From: Patescibacteria group bacterium
GTDB lineage: Bacteria > Patescibacteriota > JACPGU01
Length of the DNA: 64,000 nucleotides
Assembly: GCA_022703645.1 (NCBI GenBank)
Contig: JAKLDG010000001.1
Coordinates: 163,274-227,273, forward strand
Direction: 5' to 3'
In this document: piece after piece, positions 8,637-18,890 of the stretch
Layout of the letters: each line of letters begins with the position of its first letter
Numbering within the stretch: position 1 is the stretch's first letter
Translations under genes and position numbers: made by a program
Notes under the pieces: generated by a model
Seen by the model: the letters and a program-made list of their open reading frames with translations, nothing else
Database searches by the model: none
Told to the model about the DNA's origin: nothing

Positions 8637-10583
8637 ATGCTAAAAAAACTTTCGAATTACCTGTGGCGGCACAAAATCGTCACTCTCATTATCATTGCCC
8701 TTGTAGCCGGCGGCGGATTTTATGCCTACGGTAAGATCACTGCAACTTCTGCGGCAAACAAATATGTGGTATCAACTGTTTCCAAAGGTACAGTTATTAG
8801 TACCATTGCTGGCAGCGGACAGGTTTCCACTTCAGATTCAATTGATATAAAACCAAAAGTGTCCGGTGACATTATTTCTATTGGTGCCAAAGCAAATCAG
8901 GAAGTGAAAAAAGACGATGTCATTGCGGTGCTCAATTCGAAAGATCAACAGAAAAACGTTCGCGACGCGCAAATAAGTCTCGAAAGCGCGCAACTTTCTC
9001 TGCAAAAACTTCAAGAAGCAACGAGCGCGACATCTCTTATGCAGGCTCAGAACTCCCTTCAAACAGCCAAAGACTCTCTTGAAAAACTGAAAATTACCCA
9101 GCAAACCAATCTCGAAAACGCGCAGGAAGCCAAAACAAACGCGGATACAAACCTCAAAAAAGCCTATGATGATGGGTTTAATTCAGTCGCGAATACATTT
9201 CTAGACCTTCCAAATATTATGGCTGGTTTGCAGGATATTCTCTATGGTTATACCTTTAGCAGCAATCAAACAAATCTTGATTACTATACTGATGCTGTAA
9301 AAAGTTATGATAGTGCGACTGATATATATAAAAATGATGCGGCTAATAAATACCAAAAAGCGCGAACCAGTTATGACAAAAACTTCTCTGATTATAAATC
9401 AGCCAGCCGTTATTCCGATACCACGACAATAGATTTATTAATTACCGAAAGCTATGAAACAACAAAAAGCATTGCAGACGCTATCAAAAGCGCTAATAAT
9501 TTCCTTCAGTTTTATGAAGATAAATTAACACAAAGGAATCTGAAGTGGTCTACTATTACTGATACGCAACTATCGAAACTTGGAAGCTATACTGGTACTA
9601 CAAATAGCCATCTGGGCAGCCTACTTAGCGCTACAAATACTATAAGCAATGACAAGCAGAATATAATAACGACTCAAAGAGACTTGGATTCAGTTATAAA
9701 AAACAACCCGCTTGATATTGCTTCCGCTGAACTTTCTATAAAAGAAAAAGAAGCTACATTAGCTGATTTACAATCTGGTCCCGATTCGCTCGATCTGCGA
9801 GCCCAACAGATAAGCATCCAGCAAAGACAAATCGCGCTTTCCGACGCGCAGGAAAAATTAGCGGATTATGTTGTAAGGTCTCCGGCTGATGGGATAATTG
9901 CCAGTGTTACCGGAAAAGTTGGTGATTCAGCTTCGACCGGAACAGCTATCGCATCATTAATTTCAAAACAAAAAATTGCAAATGTTTCACTCGGCGAAAC
10001 TGATATTACAAAAATCAAGATTGGACAAAAAGCTACTTTTACATTTGATGCAATAGATGGCTTGACCTTAACCGGTGAAGTGGCGGAAGTTGGAAGTGTC
10101 GGAGCAACGAGTAACGGTGTTGTGTCTTATACGGTAAAAATTGTTTTTAATACCGATGATGACAGGGTAAAATCCGGAATGAGTTTTTCGGTAAATATTA
10201 TTACCGATTCTAAAATAGATGTTATAACGGTTCCATCTTCTGCGGTAAAAGCAAACGCGAGCGGAAGCTATGTGGAAATGCCAGACGAGACTATTTCGGA
10301 TGACCAAGTTAGCGTAACGGCTGGAATTGTTCTAAAAAATAAAACAAAGCAACAGACTGTTGAAATCGGACTAAGCGATGGCACAAACACCGAAATTACT
10401 TCAGGACTTTTGGAAGGCGATAAGATTGTAACAAAGACCATAAAACCTTCAACAACAACTGCAAAATCATCAACAACCGGCAGTTTATCTTCAACGAGAT
10501 CTAGTGCTGGTAGTACGACAAAAAGCACTACACAGAGTCTGCTTGGCGGTACTGGCGCAATTGGTGGTCCCCCAAGAGACTAA
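8637..10583 (+). CDS. efflux transporter periplasmic adaptor (HlyD/MacA-like membrane fusion protein) with a Ser/Thr-rich C-terminal tail
   Basis: N-terminal TM, long coiled-coil region, VVRSPADGIIASVTGKVGD lipoyl-like motif; immediately upstream of MacB-like ATPase and permease. Confidence 0.7.
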   Translation: MLKKLSNYLWRHKIVTLIIIALVAGGGFYAYGKITATSAANKYVVSTVSKGTVISTIAGSGQVSTSDSIDIKPKVSGDIISIGAKANQEVKKDDVIAVLNSKDQQKNVRDAQISLESAQLSLQKLQEATSATSLMQAQNSLQTAKDSLEKLKITQQTNLENAQEAKTNADTNLKKAYDDGFNSVANTFLDLPNIMAGLQDILYGYTFSSNQTNLDYYTDAVKSYDSATDIYKNDAANKYQKARTSYDKNFSDYKSASRYSDTTTIDLLITESYETTKSIADAIKSANNFLQFYEDKLTQRNLKWSTITDTQLSKLGSYTGTTNSHLGSLLSATNTISNDKQNIITTQRDLDSVIKNNPLDIASAELSIKEKEATLADLQSGPDSLDLRAQQISIQQRQIALSDAQEKLADYVVRSPADGIIASVTGKVGDSASTGTAIASLISKQKIANVSLGETDITKIKIGQKATFTFDAIDGLTLTGEVAEVGSVGATSNGVVSYTVKIVFNTDDDRVKSGMSFSVNIITDSKIDVITVPSSAVKANASGSYVEMPDETISDDQVSVTAGIVLKNKTKQQTVEIGLSDGTNTEITSGLLEGDKIVTKTIKPSTTTAKSSTTGSLSSTRSSAGSTTKSTTQSLLGGTGAIGGPPRD

Positions 10584-10589
10584 ATCAAT

Positions 10590-10668
10590 TTAAAATACAC
10601 AATATTCAATACTTAATATCCAATCAATATCCAATTGGGTATTGGAAATTGGGAATTGGTTATTTTCT
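10590..10668. repeat. AT-rich palindromic spacer element (caatt/aattg family)
   Basis: atatccaatcaatatccaattgggtattggaaattgggaattgg. Confidence 0.6.
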
Positions 10669-10694
10669 GCGACATAAAATTTAGAAAAAATCAA

Positions 10695-11393
10695 ATGATT
10701 GAATGTCATAAGGTTAGTAAAACTTACACCAACGGTGATGTCAAAACCCATGCTTTGAAAAATGCAACTTTTAAAATTGAAGACGGTGAATTTGTTGCTA
10801 TCATGGGTCCATCCGGAAGCGGTAAATCAACTCTGATGAATATTCTTGGAGCTCTCGATACCGCAACCAGCGGGAAATACATCCTTGATGGACGTGATGT
10901 TTCGACTCTCTCTGATGATGAATTAGCGGATATCCGAAAAAATAAAATCGGATTCGTTTTTCAATCTTTTAATCTATTAAAACGCTCGACAGTTTTGCGC
11001 AATGTTATGCTGCCACTGGTTTACGCGGATGTTCAAAAAGAAAAAAGAGAAAAGAAAGCGAAAGAGTGTCTCAAAAAAGCCGGTTTAGAGGAAAACAAAT
11101 ATGGTAATTTATCGAATCAACTTTCGGGTGGGCAGATGCAAAGGGTTGCTGTTGCCAGAGCGCTGGTCAATGACCCAGCAATTATTCTCGCTGACGAACC
11201 AACGGGAAATCTCGATACCAAAACCGGTGAATTTATTATGAAAACGCTGCAGGAAATTAATGATAATCATGGGCACACTATTGTAATAATTACTCACGAA
11301 CAAGAAATCGCGGACTATACGGATAGGATAATATTCATCAGGGATGGCGAGATAGCGAGTGATAAGAAGATAAAGAGGAAGACAATAAGATAG
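10695..11393 (+). CDS. ABC transporter ATP-binding protein (MacB/LolD family)
   Basis: Walker [13 protein letters not shown] signature [15 protein letters not shown], Walker [12 protein letters not shown]; ATG at 10695. Confidence 0.85.
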   Translation: MIECHKVSKTYTNGDVKTHALKNATFKIEDGEFVAIMGPSGSGKSTLMNILGALDTATSGKYILDGRDVSTLSDDELADIRKNKIGFVFQSFNLLKRSTVLRNVMLPLVYADVQKEKREKKAKECLKKAGLEENKYGNLSNQLSGGQMQRVAVARALVNDPAIILADEPTGNLDTKTGEFIMKTLQEINDNHGHTIVIITHEQEIADYTDRIIFIRDGEIASDKKIKRKTIR

Positions 11394-11542
11394 AAATTAA
11401 AGGAAATCAAGAAATTAAAAAATGATATCCAATTTCTAATTTCAGCCTGAGTTACTGCGAAGGCGTAATTTCTAATTTCTTATACAGTAGAAATTAGTGA
11501 GGAAATTAAATATTGCAAATATTATAAATATTATAAATTAAC

Positions 11543-12763
11543 ATGCGATTATCCGATCTATCCGAAGAAGTATCATTTTCGCTAATTGCCAATAAATCAA
11601 GATCATTCCTGACCATTCTTGGTATTGTGATTGGTATTGCTTCAGTAATCGCGATGATCTCCATAGGCCAGGGATCACAAAGCGCAATAACCAATAGTAT
11701 TCAATCATTGGGGTCAAATCTGATTTCAGTAACTCCCGGATCTCAAAGAAATTTTGGTTTTGGAGCCAATCAGGGTAGGGGCTCTGCCCAAACACTGAAA
11801 AATTCTGACGCTACTGCTATTGCTGATCAAGTTGCTAACGTGAAATCGGTCGCGCCAGCGTATTCTACCCGTTATCAGGTAACACTCAAAGGAGCGAATA
11901 CGAACACGGCTGTATTGGGCACAACGCCTGAATATGCGGATATTAGAAATGTATCAATGGATAAAGGAAGTTTTTTTACGTCTGAAGATGTGAGCTCGAA
12001 AGCAAAAGTTGCGGTGCTTGGTCCAACTGTAGTGACAGACATATTTGGCGAGGATTATACGGACGATCCGACGGGAACTATTATAAAAATTAATAAGATA
12101 GAATTTACAATTATTGGCGTGGCAAAATCAAAAGGCGGAACCGGTTTTAATAATCAAGATGATATTGTCTATATTCCGCTCGACACCATGCAGAAATCTC
12201 TTTCAGGCACAAAATATCTTTCAAATATTAGTATTCAAGCCACAAAAGCTGATGCTATGACTCAAGTTCAGGAAGATATTACTGCTCTTCTAATTGAACT
12301 GCATAAAGTCACGACAGCCGATTTCTCTGTTCAGAATCAAAACGACTTGATGTCTACCGCTACATCCACTTCAAAGACGATGACGATATTACTGGCTTCA
12401 GTAGCGGCAATATCACTCATTGTTGGTGGGATTGGAATAATGAATATGATGTTGACTAATGTTACGGAGCGAACGCGCGAGATCGGGCTTCGCAAAGCGA
12501 TTGGCGCGAAAAGAAGAGATATTAATACCCAATTTTTGGCCGAGGCGGTAACACTGACTTTTCTCGGAGGAGTCATCGGGATAGTTCTTGGTGTGGCAGT
12601 ATCGTTAGTAATTAATTACTTTGGCTGGATGACTACCACAATCACGCCATACTCAATTTTCTTAGCATTTGGTGTTTCAGCTCTGATCGGTGTGGTATTT
12701 GGCTACTATCCGGCAAAAGGCGCCGCAGCTATGAATCCGATAGAAGCATTGAGATATGAATAA
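11543..12763 (+). CDS. ABC transporter permease (MacB/FtsX family with periplasmic domain)
   Basis: N-terminal TM, large periplasmic domain, C-terminal FtsX-like four-helix permease region. Confidence 0.8.
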   Translation: MRLSDLSEEVSFSLIANKSRSFLTILGIVIGIASVIAMISIGQGSQSAITNSIQSLGSNLISVTPGSQRNFGFGANQGRGSAQTLKNSDATAIADQVANVKSVAPAYSTRYQVTLKGANTNTAVLGTTPEYADIRNVSMDKGSFFTSEDVSSKAKVAVLGPTVVTDIFGEDYTDDPTGTIIKINKIEFTIIGVAKSKGGTGFNNQDDIVYIPLDTMQKSLSGTKYLSNISIQATKADAMTQVQEDITALLIELHKVTTADFSVQNQNDLMSTATSTSKTMTILLASVAAISLIVGGIGIMNMMLTNVTERTREIGLRKAIGAKRRDINTQFLAEAVTLTFLGGVIGIVLGVAVSLVINYFGWMTTTITPYSIFLAFGVSALIGVVFGYYPAKGAAAMNPIEALRYE

Positions 12764-12920
12764 AATTTTCAATTTTCAATTTTACAATTTCCAATCAATG
12801 TCTCAATGAAAGAATTTTCCAAAAAACACGTATTAATAAAGGTGAAAGAAAGAAATTGATGAAATTAAAAATTAAGAAATTATTTAAAAATTATAAAATT
12901 AAAAATTTTGGAGAAAATTT

Positions 12921-13352
12921 ATGAAGAACGTTTTAATCGCAGTAATTATTACAATAATAATTACTGGTGGTGGCGCTTTCTATGGCGGCATGCTATATGG
13001 CAAATCAAAAAGTTCATCTAACAAGTTTGCTCAAGCGGTCGGGCAATTTGGAGGTCCAAATGGAACAAGAAACGGCGCAAGAAACGGAGCAGGCGGCGGT
13101 TTTGTAAACGGTGAAGTTTTATCAAAAGACGATAAAAGTATAACTGTGAAATTACAAGATGGCGGTTCAAAAATAGTTTTGCTTTCGGCTTCTACAACGG
13201 TAGGAAAAACTACAGATGGTACCCTAACTGACTTAGAAGTTGGTAAGAACGTTATGGTTACCGGAACTACCAATACTGACGGATCTGTTACGGCTAAATC
13301 AATTCAAATCAGACCTGCGGGCGTTGTTCCGGTAGCAGCACCGGCTAAGTAA
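12921..13352 (+). CDS. hypothetical small secreted/membrane-anchored Gly-rich protein
   Basis: N-terminal TM, Gly/Asn-rich linker. Confidence 0.35.
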   Translation: MKNVLIAVIITIIITGGGAFYGGMLYGKSKSSSNKFAQAVGQFGGPNGTRNGARNGAGGGFVNGEVLSKDDKSITVKLQDGGSKIVLLSASTTVGKTTDGTLTDLEVGKNVMVTGTTNTDGSVTAKSIQIRPAGVVPVAAPAK

Positions 13353-13454
13353 AAATAAACATTGGTTAATATGACGAAAATGATCTTCCAAGTCGGGAGA
13401 TTATTTTTTTCTTCAAAACCCCATTGCGAATGATTCTATTTCGGCTATAATAGA

Positions 13455-13585
13455 AATATTAATAATTTTCAATTTTACAATTTCCAATTCTCAATAAATT
13501 TTCAATGATTCAATTCTCAATTGATAATTGAAAAATTGCGTCATTGATTGAAAATTGATAATTGGTAATTGAGAATTAGCTTGGA
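13455..13585. repeat. AT-rich palindromic spacer element (caatt/aattg family), about 130 nt hairpin
   Basis: aattttcaatgattcaattctcaattg and its reverse complement caattgagaattgaatcattgaaaatt-like right arm. Confidence 0.65.
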
Positions 13586-13591
13586 GGTTTT

Positions 13592-14530
13592 ATGAAGAAA
13601 GTTGTCTATTCTTTATTGGCGATGGTTATTTTATTAGGTTATTTTGCTTTTGCGCCAAAAGCTTCTGCTGCAGCTGCAAAGCCATTTGATTGGCAGCTAA
13701 TTACGCAATCGCCTTATCCGGCACAATTAGAGGCTGGGGCTATCGCTAATGTTTGGGTTGAAGTAAAAAATACAGGGACAGTTACTTGGTACCGCGATGG
13801 GATAAGCAATGTAGTTCGTCTTGGCTCTGGTTCAAAATACGGCAGTGCTTCTCAACAAAGAGATTATACCTCCGAATTTTTTATGCCAGAATCAACAATG
13901 TCGGGTGCAATAGGTTGGCTTTCCGCAAATAGACCGGTAAAAATCATGCATCCAGAGGTTCGTTCAGGATGGCATACTAGATTTCAATTTGATATCAAGG
14001 CGCCTGCAACTCCGGGCACATACAAAGCATATTTTACTCCTGTTGTAGAGGGTGTTGAGTGGATGAAAGACATTGGACTTTATTGGCAAATTACCGTTGT
14101 GGCACCTACAGCTTGTATTGAAGAAGGCGGAAGTCTTGGAGCGGTTGTTTTAGGAAATACAGTGGAATGCTGTGAGGGTCTTGTTGCGTATGTTCCGTTT
14201 CATATTTTAGGTAATCGGGGTACTTGCAAACGTCCCTTAACCCCAGAAGGTCAAGCGCCATCTATAGTTGGTCTCGTATTTTCACCAAGCGGTGATACTA
14301 GTATTCAATCTGGACAAACTACATACTACAGTGTTGGCGCGCTTTATGATAACTGGACAACTCAAGATGTGACAGGAATGTCGACTCTTAGCGTAGTATA
14401 TGATACGGGGTCAGGAGTCATCGATCCGGATGGCAGATTTATTGCCGGCAGTATTGGAACCTGTAAAATTCATGCATCATATAACGGAAAAACAGCTGAT
14501 TCAGGAACGATAACGATAACAGGACTGTAG
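13592..14530 (+). CDS. secreted protein with an N-terminal domain paralogous to the N-terminus of the 1149-aa surface protein and a C-terminal Big_2-like Ig domain
   Basis: signal peptide; shared motifs NVWVEVKNTGTVTW, GSASQQRDYTSEF and YKAYFTPVVEGVEWMKDIGLYWQITV with the 20899 ORF. Confidence 0.5.
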   Translation: MKKVVYSLLAMVILLGYFAFAPKASAAAAKPFDWQLITQSPYPAQLEAGAIANVWVEVKNTGTVTWYRDGISNVVRLGSGSKYGSASQQRDYTSEFFMPESTMSGAIGWLSANRPVKIMHPEVRSGWHTRFQFDIKAPATPGTYKAYFTPVVEGVEWMKDIGLYWQITVVAPTACIEEGGSLGAVVLGNTVECCEGLVAYVPFHILGNRGTCKRPLTPEGQAPSIVGLVFSPSGDTSIQSGQTTYYSVGALYDNWTTQDVTGMSTLSVVYDTGSGVIDPDGRFIAGSIGTCKIHASYNGKTADSGTITITGL

Positions 14531-14684
14531 GAGGGAAGAATAAAGAATATAGAATAACGAATTTAGAATAGAATCCGAAATTCCAGATTCCATATTCTAG
14601 ATTCTAAGATATTTTGAAAAAATAAATTTTTCAGTTATAATTAAAGTAATTTATACAAAGTAAAACATTTAGGAAAGGAGAACC

Positions 14685-15362
14685 ATGAAGCCAAGCAAAG
14701 ATATTTTAGGAGACCTAGACCTCGATAAAGACTGGATTCACACGGAAGTTTTGGGTCAAGGGAAGAAGAAGTCAAATTTTTTATCAAATCTGACTGTAAT
14801 TTGTGTTATCATTTGTACAGTTATTTTGATTTTTATTGGCTTCAAGGAATTATTTAATAAAAATGACCTTTCAAACCTGAATAATATGGATGTTGTTAAA
14901 CAAACTCAGCAAGCGCAAGAAGATCAGATCAAAGCTGCTGAAGAAGCAAAAAAAGCTGCTGATGCAGCTGCGGAATTAGCAAAAAAAGCTGCGGAAGCGG
15001 TCATGACATATACAGTAAAATCCGGGGACACTCTGGCTGGAATCGCGGCAGATTTCAAAGTTGATATGACAAAAATTGCTGAAGCCAATGGACTGAAATC
15101 TCCTTATGCTCTTGAAATAGGACAGCAGCTGAAGATTCCTGGAGTTCCGGCGGCGCCTACCCCTGCGGCTGATTCTGCCACTACCACCACAGCTCCTGCT
15201 GCGGATGGTTCAACTACTTATACCGTAAAATCAGGTGATACCTTGGCCCAAATTGGCGCGGATTTGGGGGTAGACTACAAAGCTATAATGACACTCAATG
15301 GTATTACCGATGCGAGCAAAATAGATGTTGGGCAAGTTCTGAAAATCCCTAAAAAACAATAG
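14685..15362 (+). CDS. LysM peptidoglycan-binding protein (N-terminal TM plus two LysM repeats)
   Basis: two YTVKSGDTLAxIAADxxVD...NGL...IGQxLKIP repeats. Confidence 0.75.
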   Translation: MKPSKDILGDLDLDKDWIHTEVLGQGKKKSNFLSNLTVICVIICTVILIFIGFKELFNKNDLSNLNNMDVVKQTQQAQEDQIKAAEEAKKAADAAAELAKKAAEAVMTYTVKSGDTLAGIAADFKVDMTKIAEANGLKSPYALEIGQQLKIPGVPAAPTPAADSATTTTAPAADGSTTYTVKSGDTLAQIGADLGVDYKAIMTLNGITDASKIDVGQVLKIPKKQ

Positions 15363-15470
15363 TTTTTAGGGATTTTAATGTCTAAATTATAAATTATAAT
15401 ATCTAAATTTGGATATCGAAATTTCATTAGAAATTATAATTTAGGTCACTTAGAAATTATGAGAGCAATA

Positions 15471-16136
15471 CTACATACCGTACGAATCGTCTCTTTCATT
15501 GCGTAACATTTGGTACAGTTCCAATATCATCTCTTCATTTTTTGCTATCGTATCACCCGAGTATGAAGGTATTTGTTTTGGTTGACTATTATAGTTTGAG
15601 TAAAAATCACCGCGATTGGCGTTTGCGCGCAGATTTTTTACTTGCGCTTCCAGGCTTCCAATCATAATCAGCGATTGTTCATATTTCGCTAATAGTTTTT
15701 CGTAAAGCAATTTATAATCAATAGCTCCCATATCATTCTGGCTCATGCGTAATATCTTTTGATATTTTTCCTCAGCCAATTGAGAAAGACTATCCATGTG
15801 TGGAGTATATTCTTTTGGTGATGTCTGTTTTTTTTGTCTGACTTGAAATTCTTGTTTTCTTGTTTTCTTATTTTTTTGATTAATTGATACTTTATGCGAT
15901 AGTTTTCCTCTAAGAGGTTTCTCAAGGATTTTTAATTTGTCTTTGTCTATCCTATACTCATAACCTTTGTCTCCTTTCACTAACTGCGCTTTCAGCCTGC
16001 CAGCCTTAATATAGCGTCTGATACTTTTCTCAGATACTTTGAGGGCAGTGGCAGCTTGAGATAGGGTAAGCTGGGTGGACATAGGAGTATTTGTACTATT
16101 GCTAACATTTTTGCACAATATTCTATATTTGTCCAT
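15471..16136 (-). CDS. helix-turn-helix (excisionase/MerR-like HTH_17) DNA-binding protein with a C-terminal coiled coil
   Basis: LTLSQAATALKVSEKSIRRYIKAGRLKA motif. Confidence 0.5.
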   Translation of the reverse strand: MDKYRILCKNVSNSTNTPMSTQLTLSQAATALKVSEKSIRRYIKAGRLKAQLVKGDKGYEYRIDKDKLKILEKPLRGKLSHKVSINQKNKKTRKQEFQVRQKKQTSPKEYTPHMDSLSQLAEEKYQKILRMSQNDMGAIDYKLLYEKLLAKYEQSLIMIGSLEAQVKNLRANANRGDFYSNYNSQPKQIPSYSGDTIAKNEEMILELYQMLRNERDDSYGM

Positions 16137-16349
16137 AACGATTTAGGCATACAATTTTTAATTTTTAATTTTTGAATTTTATAAATAAATTACAATGTTT
16201 AAATTTCTAAAATAAAATGATCATATTATTAATTAAAAATTATGATTTAAAGCATTATTTAAAAATTAGAAATTACAAAATTAAAAATTGTATCTTGACC
16301 TGATGTTATATATAATGTTATATTAGATGGGCAAGTAAATAATAAAACA

Positions 16350-16580
16350 ATGAAATCAATAAACATTAATGAGCTTCAGTCTAACATCTCAAAGATAGTT
16401 AAACTTGTGGAAAAAGGCGATGACTATGAAGTGATCCGCTACAGCAAACCTGTCGCGGTAGTTTTATCAAGCAAAAAATACGATAAGTTGCTTCAAGAGT
16501 TAATCGAGTTGAAGGGTTCATGCAGGCATTGCGTAGAAGAGTTTAAGAAAACAAAGTTGCAAAATATTAAAAAAATATGA
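16350..16580 (+). CDS. Phd/YefM-like antitoxin-fold protein (orphan; no toxin partner seen)
   Basis: ININELQSNISKIVKLVEKGDDYEVIRYSKPVAVVLSSKKYDKL matches the Phd/YefM N-terminal pattern. Confidence 0.45.
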   Translation: MKSININELQSNISKIVKLVEKGDDYEVIRYSKPVAVVLSSKKYDKLLQELIELKGSCRHCVEEFKKTKLQNIKKI

Positions 16581-16658
16581 AAAGAATATTAAGAAAATAA
16601 TATTTAATTAATATTTTAAAATATTTTATATATTTAGCTAATAATAATAAACAATTTT

Positions 16659-17870
16659 ATGGAAAACAAAACGACCCAATCTGGCCGTATCTATCTCGAT
16701 TGTTCCGCTACTACACCAACCGATCCGCGGGTTATGAAAAAAATGTGTGAATTTATGGAAAAGGATTTTGGCAATCCGTCATCAGTTCACGCTTTTGGAC
16801 GCGAGGCTCGGGGGAAAATCGAAGAAGCGCGCCGAAGTATCGCGGAATTTATCGGCTCAGACGATCCGATGGAAGTGATATTTACATCCGGCGGAACAGA
16901 ATCTGATAACATGGCAATTGTTGGAGTTGTTAAGGCAAGCAAGGTAAAAAAACCGCATATCATTACTTCTGTCATAGAACACAAAGCCGTTTTATCTACG
17001 ATTGAAGATTTGGAAAAAAGAGGTCTGGTTGAAGCTACATACCTGAAAGTTGACGGTTACGGGAAGGTGAATCTTGAAGATTTAAAAAAAGAAATTAAGT
17101 ATAATACGATATTAGTTTCAATTATGTATGTGAATAATGAGATTGGAACTGTCCAACCAATTCGTGAAATCGGCAAATATCTGGAAAAGCTAAATGACCA
17201 GAGAGAAAGAGGAGGCTTCCCAAAAGTATATTTTCATACAGATGCTGTACAGGCTTTTCAATATCTGAATGTAAATGTGAAACATCTGCATGTTGATTTG
17301 ATGTCGGTGTCTGGACATAAATTTTATGCGCCAAAGGGCATCGGGTTGCTTTTTATAAAAAAAGGAACTCATATTGAGAAAATTCAAATTGGTGGAGGAC
17401 AAGAATTTGGGAAGCGAGCCGGTACTGAAAATACGCCCGGGATTATCGCGTTATCGGCAGCGATTGATATATTAAAAAAAGAAGGCGAAAAAGACGGGGA
17501 AAGAATAGGGAAATTGAAAGATAAATTGGTAAAAGGTATTGAAAAAATCGAAAATGTAACTCTGACCGGTCATCCGAAAGACAGAATTCCATCTGTTGCA
17601 AGTTTTCTTTTTCATGGGATAGAAGGCGAAGCGATATTAATCAATCTTGATTTGGATGGAATCGCCGTATCTACCGGCAGCGCCTGCTCGTCCGGTTCGC
17701 TGGAAGCAAGCCATGTATTGCTCGCCTGTGGATATGATCACGAGCAAGCGCAGGGAAATATCCGTTTTTCACTTGGGCGCTTTACGCAGGAAAGTGATAT
17801 CAAGAAAGTATTGGAAGTTTTACCGGGAATTGTCGACAGGCTCAGGGAGATGTCGCCAATCGCTAATTAA
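16659..17870 (+). CDS. iscS: cysteine desulfurase IscS/NifS
   Basis: PLP-lysine motif SGHKFYAPKGIG and active-site Cys region STGSACSSGSLEASHVL. Confidence 0.9.
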   Translation: MENKTTQSGRIYLDCSATTPTDPRVMKKMCEFMEKDFGNPSSVHAFGREARGKIEEARRSIAEFIGSDDPMEVIFTSGGTESDNMAIVGVVKASKVKKPHIITSVIEHKAVLSTIEDLEKRGLVEATYLKVDGYGKVNLEDLKKEIKYNTILVSIMYVNNEIGTVQPIREIGKYLEKLNDQRERGGFPKVYFHTDAVQAFQYLNVNVKHLHVDLMSVSGHKFYAPKGIGLLFIKKGTHIEKIQIGGGQEFGKRAGTENTPGIIALSAAIDILKKEGEKDGERIGKLKDKLVKGIEKIENVTLTGHPKDRIPSVASFLFHGIEGEAILINLDLDGIAVSTGSACSSGSLEASHVLLACGYDHEQAQGNIRFSLGRFTQESDIKKVLEVLPGIVDRLREMSPIAN

Positions 17871-17917
17871 TATGCTAATTATTTGCCAATTATTACTAAT
17901 TAAATACAAAAATAAAA

Positions 17918-18313
17918 ATGAAACATTTTGTAGATGACTTAATTGAAGGTGACCTTAGTTATAAGATTATTGGATTATGTATGAAGGTGCATTCAGAATT
18001 AGGGAAATCTTATAAAGAGAAATACTATCAGAAAGCTTTAGAAATATCTTTTAAAAAAAATAGTATAAATTTTGTAAGAGAAATTAAGTTTGATTTAGGT
18101 TTTGAGGATGAAAAAATAGGCATGTCATATCTTGATTTTTTAGTTGAAAGTAAGATTGTAGTTGAATTAAAAGTAAAACCATTTATAAATAAAGTTGATA
18201 TAAAACAGGTACTTAGCTATCTAAAAACCACAGATATTAAACTAGGATTGATAATAAATTTTGGTAAAGATAGTTTGGAGTATAAAAGAATATTAAATTC
18301 AAATATAAAATAA
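17918..18313 (+). CDS. GxxExxY family protein (PD-(D/E)XK-like)
   Basis: family-typical layout; inserted between iscS and iscU. Confidence 0.75.
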   Translation: MKHFVDDLIEGDLSYKIIGLCMKVHSELGKSYKEKYYQKALEISFKKNSINFVREIKFDLGFEDEKIGMSYLDFLVESKIVVELKVKPFINKVDIKQVLSYLKTTDIKLGLIINFGKDSLEYKRILNSNIK

Positions 18314-18373
18314 TTGGCGAAAATTAGCGTTAATTCGCATATTAATTCGCGAAAAGAAATTAAGGAGAAAAAT

Positions 18374-18769
18374 ATGAACAACACAGACTATAACCCAAAA
18401 CTCATTGCGCATTTCCAAAACCCTCATAATGTTGGTGAGATAAAAGATGCTGACGGGGTGGGGCAAGTTGGAAACCCGATGTGCGGGGATACAATGAAAT
18501 TGACCATCAAGGTTGAGAGCCGATCCGATGGCAATGAATATATTACCGATGTCAAATTCAAAACATTTGGCTGCGCTTCAGCGATAGCTACTTCTTCAGT
18601 GGTCACAGATCTTGCAAAGGGAAAGACCCTGGAAGAAGCACTTCAAATCACCAAACAAGATGTTGCAGACGAAATTGGCGGATTGCCGGCAATCAAAATG
18701 CATTGCAGCAACCTCGCGGCAGATGCCCTGCAAGCTGCAATAGCAGACTACCGCAGTAAAAAGGGGTAA
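18374..18769 (+). CDS. iscU: Fe-S cluster assembly scaffold IscU/NifU
   Basis: GNPMCGD, KFKTFGCASAIA, HCS motifs; ATG at 18374. Confidence 0.85.
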   Translation: MNNTDYNPKLIAHFQNPHNVGEIKDADGVGQVGNPMCGDTMKLTIKVESRSDGNEYITDVKFKTFGCASAIATSSVVTDLAKGKTLEEALQITKQDVADEIGGLPAIKMHCSNLAADALQAAIADYRSKKG

Positions 18770-18890
18770 TTTTTCAATTTTCAAGTATCAATTTTCAATC
18801 AATTTCCAATTATTCAATATTCAATTGTGTATTGTGAAATTGTAACATTTATTGAGAATTGTAAATTGAGAATTGAGAATTTTATTATTA
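18770..18890. repeat. AT-rich palindromic spacer element (caatt/aattg family)
   Basis: ttttcaattttcaagtatcaattttcaatcaatttccaatt ... aattgtaaattgagaattgagaatt. Confidence 0.6.
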
